From contig CAVZGV010000005.1 of assembly GCA_963774955.1 (NCBI GenBank), positions 30,495-94,494 on the forward strand: a stretch of 64,000 nt of DNA, in the 5' to 3' direction. The notes under the pieces are model-generated. The model did no database searches, was not told where the DNA came from, and saw nothing but the letters and a program-made list of their open reading frames with translations. The first letter of the stretch is position 1; the number at the start of each line of letters is the position of its first letter. Of the stretch, positions 19,633-27,833 are shown one piece after another. The translations under genes were made by a program, and so were the position numbers. This DNA comes from Candidatus Falkowbacteria bacterium. GTDB lineage: Bacteria; Patescibacteriota; Patescibacteriia; CAIXNZ01.

Positions 19633-19666
19633 TTTTTTATTTTTTATATAGATTGTGTCAAAATGT

Positions 19667-20077
19667 TTAGACAATATTCAATTCCGCCTTTACTTTTCCC
19701 AAGACCACATCATGCTCACGAATTATAACTTTCTGTTCGGCAACGTCATCATCTATTCTCTTCACCCATTGCGTGGTAAAAATACGCTCTTGATCAAGAC
19801 GCTTGACAATGGTAACAATTTCTTCAAGTGTTTCATTTACTTTACTAAATTCTCCGGCCATATATCTTTCTAAGCCATCGAATCTATTATCATGTTCCAA
19901 TAATTTATCAGTAATTCTGTCCAAACGCAGCTCATGCACATCAAGACGCTTATCAATACCCTCAAAGCGCTTATCCACCTGCTCAAAGCGCTTATCCACC
20001 TGCTCAAAACGTCTATCCAGCTTAACGAAAAGCAGATCATGCTGATTTAATTTATGTAATATTTTATCTCTGACCAT
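19667..20077 (-). CDS. hypothetical coiled-coil protein with RFEQVDK heptad repeats
   Basis: 136 aa. Three tandem 21-nt DNA repeats at about 19961-20023 encode RFEQVDK-RFEQVDK-RFEGIDK. Confidence 0.45.
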   Translation of the reverse strand: MVRDKILHKLNQHDLLFVKLDRRFEQVDKRFEQVDKRFEGIDKRLDVHELRLDRITDKLLEHDNRFDGLERYMAGEFSKVNETLEEIVTIVKRLDQERIFTTQWVKRIDDDVAEQKVIIREHDVVLGKVKAELNIV

Positions 20078-20443
20078 AAATTATATTTTTTAAGTGTTTT
20101 TATTATAACTTTATTTTTAGCAACCTGTCAAAAACCCTTGGCCTCATCAGTATTATTATAACAATCTCGATTTTTTAAACAATAATTTTTCGTTATAAAA
20201 ACAGTTATATTTCACTAACTGGATACATAAAAAACTAAAGAATCACGCATTTTTTAAGGCCCAAACCAAACAAAAAAGTGTTAAAAATCTCTAACACTTT
20301 TTTCCACAGAGTAAATTTTAAAAACGCCTCACTGACAAACGTATCGTCTGCCTCGTTACCATGACCCTGTACCGCTATCAAACCGGAGGCAACCTCATAT
20401 AACCTCATAAAACCTCATTCAACCTAATATAACCTATTCCTTA

Positions 20444-20518
20444 CTAACTTTAAATTCAATAATAAACTCGCTCCCCTTGCCCGCTCCGGCGCTTTCAGCC
20501 CGGATTTCGGCGTAAATC
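20444..20518 (-). pseudogene. remnant copy of a histidine-kinase 3' end (..AESAGAGKGSEFIIEFKV)
   Basis: The minus strand translates to IYAEIRAESAGAGKGSEFIIEFKV, paralogous to the C-terminus of the HK at 21935-24127 (..WAESEGNGKGSSFIIEFKV). The 22-nt aactttaaattcaataataaac is identical. Confidence 0.55.
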
Positions 20519-21496
20519 TTAACGAGCCAATTCAATTAACTTGTTTATTAATTTTTTATATGAAATCCCCATATCCACCATCAAAAGCGGATACATGGAA
20601 TTTTTGGTAAAGCCGGGCAAAGTATTTATCTCGCTTAAATAAACGGAGCTGTTTTTAAGCAAAAAATCCAAACGACTAAATCCCTTGCAGTCGCATAATT
20701 TATAAACTTTTTCTGCCATTTCTTTAATTTCATTAATTATTTTTTGCGGCAGTTTAGCCGGAATTATCATTTTCGTCTTGTTTAACTTATACTTGTCATC
20801 ATAATCATAAAAGTCATTATAAGGGATAACTTCGCCAGGCGCAGAAATTATCAGATTATTATTGCCTAAAATTGCAACCTCTATTTCGCGGGGCTTTTCT
20901 ATGCCCTGTTCAATTATTGCCTTGGAGTCATGCTTAAAAGCCTCTTTTATGGCCGAGCTAAGTTGCTTAAAATCTTTGATCTTGGAAATGCCGACAGATG
21001 AGCCAGAATTAGCAGGTTTAACAAATAGTGGTAATTTAAAATCTCGCCTAATGTTCTTAAGCTCGCTTGGGGAAATTATTTTATTGTAAATAATCCTAAA
21101 TTTAACCTGCCTTATTTTTTGTCCGGCCATAAAGGTTTTAAAAACCGCTTTATCCATGCATAAAGCCGAACTTAAAACTTTACAGCCGCTATACTTAAGT
21201 TTTTGGCTTTCTAAAATTGCCTGCAAAACCCCATCCTCGCCATATTTGCCATGAGTCATAAGCAAGGCAATGTCAAAATGTTTATTAAAGTCCTCTATTT
21301 TAATTTTTTTCCGGCTTTTAAACCGCTTAATGGACTCAATATTATTTAACTTAAAGAAATCACCTGTTTTATGCCAATAAATCAGGACTAATTTGTATTT
21401 TTTATAATCAAAATTTTGGATTATATTTCTGGCGGAAACTACTGAAACTTCATGTTCGTTACTTAAACCGCCAAAAATTAAAGCAACTCGCATCAT
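20519..21496 (-). CDS. ddl: D-alanine--D-alanine ligase
   Basis: ATP-grasp Ddl signature: N-terminal ..IFGGLSNEHEVSVVSA.., ..HGKYGEDGVLQAILE.., C-terminal ..SRLDFLL...YLSEINTLPGFT.. Confidence 0.9.
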   Translation of the reverse strand: MMRVALIFGGLSNEHEVSVVSARNIIQNFDYKKYKLVLIYWHKTGDFFKLNNIESIKRFKSRKKIKIEDFNKHFDIALLMTHGKYGEDGVLQAILESQKLKYSGCKVLSSALCMDKAVFKTFMAGQKIRQVKFRIIYNKIISPSELKNIRRDFKLPLFVKPANSGSSVGISKIKDFKQLSSAIKEAFKHDSKAIIEQGIEKPREIEVAILGNNNLIISAPGEVIPYNDFYDYDDKYKLNKTKMIIPAKLPQKIINEIKEMAEKVYKLCDCKGFSRLDFLLKNSSVYLSEINTLPGFTKNSMYPLLMVDMGISYKKLINKLIELAR

Positions 21497-21840
21497 AAAT
21501 TTACAGTTTTATCTTTAATTATTAAGAATTTCTCTTTAGGCTTTATACTCGTTGGTTTTTTATCTTTAGTTTCCTCATCCTCGCAGGTAGAATTTTGGCA
21601 AATCTCCGGACGATTTTCATAATCCTTGCATAATCCGGTATTATCATCAAAATTTTCACATTCATAAGCATTAAGCTTTATCCCATCAGGAGTATCTTCT
21701 GAAACAGCTCTGCCTAAATAATTCCACATTTTTTTACCTTCTTTATTGAGTGGGATTTTTTCTTCGGGAAAAAATCTTGATACTTTGACTGGATTGCAGC
21801 AAATTGAACATTTTTTCTCTAAACATGGAGCTTCTTTCAT
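21493..21840 (-). CDS. YkgJ-like cysteine-cluster protein
   Basis: 115 aa, N-terminal C-x4-C-x2-CC motif plus additional Cys. Overlaps ddl by 4 nt. Confidence 0.45.
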   Translation of the reverse strand: MKEAPCLEKKCSICCNPVKVSRFFPEEKIPLNKEGKKMWNYLGRAVSEDTPDGIKLNAYECENFDDNTGLCKDYENRPEICQNSTCEDEETKDKKPTSIKPKEKFLIIKDKTVNL

Positions 21841-21934
21841 TTTTATAAAAATTTTAATTATTAAACTAAAATCTATAATCTAAAATCTTAAATCGTAAAT
21901 CCCTAACTTCGGCCTTCGGCTTCATCCTTCGGCC

Positions 21935-24127
21935 TTAAACTTTAAATTCAATAATAAACGAACTGCCTTTGCCATTGCCTTCGCTTTCAGCCCAGATCTT
22001 GGCATGATGCTTTTGCATAATCTTTTTGGCAATATATAAGCCCAGGCCAGTGCCTTCTGTATGCACCAGCTGTACACCCTTGGCGCGGGAAAATTTCTGA
22101 AAAAGTTCCGGCATTTCATCAGGGGCAATACCGCGACCGCTATCTTTGACTGAGAAACGGACATGTCCGTCCAGCTTTTCCAGCTGCACAGTTACAAAGC
22201 CTTTCTCCGTATATTTAAGGGCATTATCCATCAGGTTCATAAAGACTTCCCTGACTTTATTGCGGTCCAATTTAAGCGCCGGAATCTTTTTAGTCGGCTT
22301 AACATAGGTGAATTGTAAGCCCCTGCTTTTAGCATGCTGTTCCAGCTCTTCAAAAACTTCTGTGGCCAAAGCATCGGGGTCCACCATTTCAAAATCGTAT
22401 TTCATTCTGCCTGATTCAATGCGGGAAACATTCAGCAAGTCTTCGACCAGGCCGATAATTCTCAAAGTGCTTTTAAAAACCTTATCCAAAGGATTTGCCA
22501 GTTTTTCAGGTACTTCGCCAAAATCCTTTTGCTGTATCATGGACAGATAGCCTTTGATAACTGTCAAAGGCGTACGCAGCTGATGGGAAGCAATGGAAAT
22601 AAATTCTGATTTGGCCACATCCAGTTTTTTCAGCTGGGCATTGGCGACTTTCAATTCCTTGGTCGCTTTATCTACTTCCTCTGTCAATTTAACCGCAAAA
22701 TTCTTCTGTTCCTGGTACAGACGCGCGTTCTGCATGGCCACGCCAGACTGGGAAGCAATGATCTGCAGCATTCTGATATCTTCATTGGAATAAACATCAC
22801 CTGATTTTTTATCGCCATAAAATAAAAGGCCGACCAGTTCGTTTTTAACATAAATCGGCACGATCAGATTAACCTCATACTTATCCATTTCAGCCAAAAG
22901 CGAATCCAGGACCTTATTCTGCATTTGCTCATTGGTTTTCCTTAATTCTTCACGGGCTATAATTTCTTTGTCCAGATTCTGACCGTGCAAAAAATTAAAA
23001 ACCCTGGCAAATAGCTCCTTATCAATAGTATTAGTCTGATTTTCGCCGTTAATACCGGCCATAGCTGCCTGCTTATAAACATTTTCATCTTTATCCAATA
23101 AAAACAAAGAAACACGCGTGCATTTAAACACCGACTCGGTTTTTTGAGTAATGAAATCAGTCAGGGTATTCAAATCCAACGTTGAAGACAAACGGTCGGA
23201 AAATTCAGCAATCACTTCCTGCGGTTTATATTCAGCCTTAAATAAAAAGCTGTCTGTAACTTCAGACAGCCATTTTTTCAATGGTTCAAAACCCAGAGCC
23301 ACCAAAATAGCCATAACAATACCGTTTAAGATCAAAGAGGAGACGCCAAAGATGTCAGTAAATACCAAACTAAGTATAAACGCTAAAATTGCATAGATTG
23401 CAGTGATTAAAAGGACTAAAGATGTGAATACAGCCGAACGTCTGATAATGACACGGATATCCATGAGACGGTAGCGAAGGATCGCATAAGTAGTAAACCC
23501 TATAAAAAACAACATGGATATGGGGCCTAGCAAACTATATTGAGATATGTTAAAGAATAGTAATACTAAATTTGTCGTTAAACCTAAAATGCTACTAATG
23601 CCCATCCCTAAAAAGATATAACGGATCTGGTTTCTAACCAAATTCATTGACTTTTTATACTTTTTTATTAATATGTAAAAAGCAAGAAATAAAAATACGA
23701 CATAATAAACCAGCAGAAAGAGATACAAAGGTCCAACAACTACTTCTGCGCCCCAACTTCTAAGTATAATTTTTTCTACATTCAAACTAGTTGGGGATAA
23801 AACTATAATAATCAGAGCTGGTATTACTAAAATTAATTTATATATTTTTTTAAAATCACCCTCGTCGGTTGGAAAAACTTTTGCAAAAAGTAAGAAAAAA
23901 TACACAATGAGCGACGGTCCTATTATGGCCATTTTATTCCAGAAAAGTGCAGGGTCATATTCTTTCACTGTATCGGCGAATAGTAAGGCAAATACCCATA
24001 AAAATATAGATAAAATAAAATATGAAAAATATCTATTTACCTTACTTGATGAATTTTTTCTATAAATAAAAATCCCCAAAATTATCAACAAAATTAGAAT
24101 GGGGATATATGTGATGTAGGCAATCAT
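21935..24127 (-). CDS. multi-TM sensor histidine kinase (GAF + HisKA + HATPase_c)
   Basis: About 8 N-terminal TM helices, a GAF-like region, H-box SHQLRTPLTVIKGY, N/G boxes (..DNALKYT.., ..GTGLGLYIAKKI..). No response regulator in the window. Confidence 0.85.
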   Translation of the reverse strand: MIAYITYIPILILLIILGIFIYRKNSSSKVNRYFSYFILSIFLWVFALLFADTVKEYDPALFWNKMAIIGPSLIVYFFLLFAKVFPTDEGDFKKIYKLILVIPALIIIVLSPTSLNVEKIILRSWGAEVVVGPLYLFLLVYYVVFLFLAFYILIKKYKKSMNLVRNQIRYIFLGMGISSILGLTTNLVLLFFNISQYSLLGPISMLFFIGFTTYAILRYRLMDIRVIIRRSAVFTSLVLLITAIYAILAFILSLVFTDIFGVSSLILNGIVMAILVALGFEPLKKWLSEVTDSFLFKAEYKPQEVIAEFSDRLSSTLDLNTLTDFITQKTESVFKCTRVSLFLLDKDENVYKQAAMAGINGENQTNTIDKELFARVFNFLHGQNLDKEIIAREELRKTNEQMQNKVLDSLLAEMDKYEVNLIVPIYVKNELVGLLFYGDKKSGDVYSNEDIRMLQIIASQSGVAMQNARLYQEQKNFAVKLTEEVDKATKELKVANAQLKKLDVAKSEFISIASHQLRTPLTVIKGYLSMIQQKDFGEVPEKLANPLDKVFKSTLRIIGLVEDLLNVSRIESGRMKYDFEMVDPDALATEVFEELEQHAKSRGLQFTYVKPTKKIPALKLDRNKVREVFMNLMDNALKYTEKGFVTVQLEKLDGHVRFSVKDSGRGIAPDEMPELFQKFSRAKGVQLVHTEGTGLGLYIAKKIMQKHHAKIWAESEGNGKGSSFIIEFKV

Positions 24128-24128
24128 A

Positions 24129-24944
24129 TTACTCTAATATTAATGTCATACACTTGATACTCCCACCTGATTTCAAGAATTCTGAAGTATTTAATGTATG
24201 TATATTATAATTATATTTTTTTAATTGCTCATGTGTCTGCGGACAATCTTTATTAATGATTATATTATCATTAACACTTATGGAGTTACAGGCATATTTA
24301 AAAGCCTCATCATCGTTAATTTCAATAATATTCTTAAATTCTGTTTTTATTAATTCACAAGACTCCGAGCTAAATGCCTTTGGATAATAAATCACAGTAT
24401 CCGCATAATCAAAATATGCCAGACAAGTATCCATGTGATAAAAATTGGGATTAATTAATTCCAAAGTAATCACCTCTTTTTCTAAAATACGGGACACCTC
24501 TTTGTGAGCGGCTAGACTCGATCTAAAGCCGTAACCCATAATAATTTTATCATCATGAAAAATTCGATCTGCCTCGCCTTCAAATTCTACATTAGGAGAT
24601 AAACGGATTACTTCATAACCGTTTTTTTTGAACCAATTTAAAAAATATGGTTCTTCTCCCCGTCTCTCCCTAAATTTAAACTGAGATGGTATAAAAACAT
24701 GACCATACACCAAGCCGGCATTGGCCGTAAAAACCATATCCGGTTGATTGGGCACAGGTTCAATTAGATCCACAATAGCTCCTAATTCAAGGTACTTATC
24801 ATAAAGCTGCTGCCATTGCTTTTGAGCTAGTATTTTATCAGGCTTGTTGTGAACGTTCATCCAGGGATTAATTTCATAATCCACGTCAAAATATTGAGGG
24901 GGACACATTAAAAATTTATGAGTTCTTTTGATTTGGTTGTTCAT
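24129..24944 (-). CDS. amidinotransferase-superfamily hydrolase (DDAH/arginine deiminase-like)
   Basis: ..FLMCPPQYFDVDYEINPWM.. and C-terminal ..SGGSIKCMTL (catalytic Cys motif, like DDAH ..GGVSCMSL). The track ORF starts at 25016; an internal Met at 24944 gives a plausible start with a small overlap to the upstream gene. Confidence 0.6.
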   Translation of the reverse strand: MNNQIKRTHKFLMCPPQYFDVDYEINPWMNVHNKPDKILAQKQWQQLYDKYLELGAIVDLIEPVPNQPDMVFTANAGLVYGHVFIPSQFKFRERRGEEPYFLNWFKKNGYEVIRLSPNVEFEGEADRIFHDDKIIMGYGFRSSLAAHKEVSRILEKEVITLELINPNFYHMDTCLAYFDYADTVIYYPKAFSSESCELIKTEFKNIIEINDDEAFKYACNSISVNDNIIINKDCPQTHEQLKKYNYNIHTLNTSEFLKSGGSIKCMTLILE

Positions 24945-26079
24945 CGATAAAATGGACTCTAGGCGGATCAAAGCCGTTAAATCTAGAGGCGTATGATAGT
25001 GTATAAGCTCCTGCATTAATTATATACAATTTATCGCCAACCGTTAAATCCTTGGGAAGATAATATTCCTTAAACATAGTATCCACGCTATCACAAGAAG
25101 GACCGGCAATTGTATATGGGATTAAATCATCCTTATGAGTCAAACCCGTCAATTCCTTTTCACTAACTATTTCATAGCTAAAACCCTCAATACTTTCCAT
25201 TAAACCATTAAAGACTCCCACATCAATATAAAGCCAATTTTCTGAACCTCTGGCGGCTTTTAAAATAACGGAAGTTACAAGATTGCCTGAATCGCCGATC
25301 ACAGCTCTGCCCGGCTCAATAAACAATTCCAAATCAGGATAATCGCCAAATCCATCCTTTAAAGTTTTTTCTATTTGATGTTTAATTTCTGAAATTAGTG
25401 GGGTTTTTTTAAGATGCTGTACTGGAATCCCTCCACCGAGATTGATAAGTTTAAGATTAATGCCATTTTTCTTGGCTAAATTAAAAATTTCAGCCGTTGT
25501 AATTAAAGCATTGGACCAATTTAATGGATTTAAGCATTGAGAGCCGACATGGAAAGTAATGCCATAGGGTATAACCTTGGAATTTTGAGCATATTTTAAT
25601 AAATCCAAAGCACGTGAAGAATCAGCTCCGAATTTTTTTGATAATGGCCAGTCACTGCCCGTATTATCAACAATAATACGCAGATAAACCTTTGCTCCCG
25701 GTGCATGTTCTGATATCTTATCTATTTCCTGCTCGCTATCGTAAGCGAAATATTCTACACCGGCTTCATGAGCCTTTTTAATAAATCCCGGAATTTTATT
25801 CGTGTTGCTGGTAATGATTTTCTTAGGATCAACACCTAAATTTAACAAATCCTGAAGTTCATTAACGGAAGCAATTTCAAAACCGCTATCCATATCTTTT
25901 AATAGCCTTAAAATATCTATCGTAGGATTTGATTTCATGGCATAAAAAACTTTAACGCCAGCAATACTATCCTTAATTTCCTGGTACTTTTTTCGGATAA
26001 TTTCCTTATCCAAAATTAAGGCTGGGGTTATAATTTCCGCCGAATTATGATGTTTTTTAAGCTTATTGATAGAAAGCAT
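24916..26079 (-). CDS. PLP-dependent Orn/Arg/Lys decarboxylase (eukaryote-type ODC fold, group IV)
   Basis: FYAMKSN (PLP Lys), GGGIPV, EPGRAV, GPSCDSVD...GAYT motifs. Confidence 0.8.
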   Translation of the reverse strand: MLSINKLKKHHNSAEIITPALILDKEIIRKKYQEIKDSIAGVKVFYAMKSNPTIDILRLLKDMDSGFEIASVNELQDLLNLGVDPKKIITSNTNKIPGFIKKAHEAGVEYFAYDSEQEIDKISEHAPGAKVYLRIIVDNTGSDWPLSKKFGADSSRALDLLKYAQNSKVIPYGITFHVGSQCLNPLNWSNALITTAEIFNLAKKNGINLKLINLGGGIPVQHLKKTPLISEIKHQIEKTLKDGFGDYPDLELFIEPGRAVIGDSGNLVTSVILKAARGSENWLYIDVGVFNGLMESIEGFSYEIVSEKELTGLTHKDDLIPYTIAGPSCDSVDTMFKEYYLPKDLTVGDKLYIINAGAYTLSYASRFNGFDPPRVHFIDEQPNQKNS

Positions 26080-26183
26080 AAAGATTTTGTTATATATTTT
26101 TTAGATACTATAATTTAGCATATAATAAGATTGCTGTCAACTGTTGTAAAATAAGCTTTCTTTGAATATTTGCTGTTAAATAC

Positions 26184-26218
26184 TTGACAAATACAACAAA
26201 AAAGTATATACTAAGACA
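26184..26218 (+). promoter_or_regulatory. sigma70-like promoter for ORF 26260
   Basis: TTGACA-17 nt-TATACT, then a TAAGGAGGA RBS. Confidence 0.55.
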
Positions 26219-26259
26219 ATCGAGAGTTTTTCATTCAATGGTTTAAGGAGGATTTCGTA

Positions 26260-26826
26260 ATGGAAGAAAGAGTTTTAAAAACACAGGTAATTTCTGATCC
26301 TGTCCTGCAGCTGAAAATCTGGGAGACCTACAAGAATTCATTTGCTAACACCGATGACTACTGCGCCCAAGATCAAATCTGTTATGATGAAAAAACGATG
26401 AAAGAGGCCCTACTTGACACTGACTACTGGAAATTCGTTCTTTTCTTAGGTGACGAGCCGATTGGTCTTTGCTTAATGACCAGTAATCTCGTCAAAGCTC
26501 GCATCGCCTACTGCAATGACCGCTTCCTGACGCGGAAATATCCCAACTATGTTTCCGCAGGACGGCTTTATTATGTCACTGCCATTTGTGTTCTGCCTGA
26601 CATGCAAAAAAGGGGCAAGGGCATTGAGCTACTGAAAACAGTTTGCCAACACATCTTTGATTACAAGGCCATGGTCGCCTATGACTACTCGGAAAACAAG
26701 AATTCCAGTTTAACTGGACTAATCACCTACGTGGGTAAAAAATTAGGCTGGGAGATCATTGAGGTTCCGCTTGACCGTCAATGTTATACTTCGCTCTACT
26801 ACCAGCATGATGGAAAGCCCTCATAA
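26260..26826 (+). CDS. hypothetical protein, possible GNAT-fold acetyltransferase
   Basis: ..VLPDMQKRGKGIELLK.. resembles GNAT motif A (Q/R-x-x-G-x-G/A). The only plus-strand gene in this stretch; GC-richer. Confidence 0.45.
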   Translation: MEERVLKTQVISDPVLQLKIWETYKNSFANTDDYCAQDQICYDEKTMKEALLDTDYWKFVLFLGDEPIGLCLMTSNLVKARIAYCNDRFLTRKYPNYVSAGRLYYVTAICVLPDMQKRGKGIELLKTVCQHIFDYKAMVAYDYSENKNSSLTGLITYVGKKLGWEIIEVPLDRQCYTSLYYQHDGKPS

Positions 26827-26845
26827 ATTACATATCTAGCAGGTG

Positions 26846-26878
26846 CCGCCTCGGCATCTGCTTTTTTATTTGCTAATA
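26846..26878 (+). terminator. rho-independent terminator after ORF 26260-26826
   Basis: GCAGGTGCCG-cc-CGGCATCTGC followed by T6. Confidence 0.65.
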
Positions 26879-26957
26879 TTGGTATAAATAAATATCAATG
26901 AACCTCTATTATTTATACCACATTTTTGACCTGTCAACAAGGGTTCGTCTAGAAACA

Positions 26958-26990
26958 AAAGAAAAAGACGTCTCACTCGGTGAGACGTCT
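26958..26990. terminator. hairpin terminator downstream of the LolA-like gene
   Basis: aaaGACGTCTCAC-tcg-GTGAGACGTCttt, a perfect 10-bp stem. Confidence 0.6.
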
Positions 26991-27011
26991 TTATATTTGT
27001 AGCCATTTTTT

Positions 27012-27833
27012 TTATGGCAAACTGCGTAAAATCGCCTGAAGATCCATTTCCAGGTACCTTTGAGAAAAAAAGTTCTCCGGAAATACAGGCTTGATCTTAC
27101 GTTCAGAAAAGGTTAGCACGGTCAGATGACGGGCCGACAAATTCTGAACTACCATCCGGTTGGACCGCCAATACTCGCCTACCCTGACAATATCCTGGTT
27201 AAGCTGAATCTTGGCCAATTGACCTTCCGGGTCATAATACTCCATTTTGAGGATGAAGTAGTTGTTTGGCTGCAGCCAGATTTTACGGCGGGAATAACCG
27301 AAATTACCAATGTCCTGACTGTCCCTTGGGCGGGCTTCGAGGACATAGCAATTCTGGCTGTTCAAAACCTCATCGGGCAATCGCAGGTACTCCCAGCGAT
27401 CCAGAACTTCAGGTTCCAGATCGCCAAAAGTGATGTCAGAAGCCATGAAGCGATCTGACTTTTTGCTGGACCCGATTATGCGGGTGCCGATTTCCGGTAA
27501 GTACAACTGCTGAAAAGTCTGACTGGCTGATTTTTGCACTGTCAGGACACCCATGCCCTGTAAAGTTGCCGGTGCCGAGACTTTGAGCAGACTGCTTTGC
27601 AGATTAGCCTGGTTGGCCAACCACATCTGCATGGTGATGACTCGATCAGGCTTGGCCTGATCATCAAGACCGGAAATCAAGGCCATGTGAATGACGAAAC
27701 TTTCACTGGCCGCATTGTAGAGCTTTTCTTCCTGGTCCATTATCTGTCTGGCCTGCATGGAATCGAAATCCTGAGACCAAACAGGCCAGGCCAGAAAACA
27801 AACCAGCAAAATCAAGAGCAATTTACCTTTCAT
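27012..27833 (-). CDS. LolA-like outer-membrane lipoprotein-sorting family protein (partner of RND/MMPL exporters)
   Basis: Signal peptide MKGKLLLILLVCFLAWPVWS. Length and position match the LolA-like proteins encoded next to COG1033 exporters. Overlaps the upstream RND gene by 11 nt. Confidence 0.5.
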   Translation of the reverse strand: MKGKLLLILLVCFLAWPVWSQDFDSMQARQIMDQEEKLYNAASESFVIHMALISGLDDQAKPDRVITMQMWLANQANLQSSLLKVSAPATLQGMGVLTVQKSASQTFQQLYLPEIGTRIIGSSKKSDRFMASDITFGDLEPEVLDRWEYLRLPDEVLNSQNCYVLEARPRDSQDIGNFGYSRRKIWLQPNNYFILKMEYYDPEGQLAKIQLNQDIVRVGEYWRSNRMVVQNLSARHLTVLTFSERKIKPVFPENFFSQRYLEMDLQAILRSLP

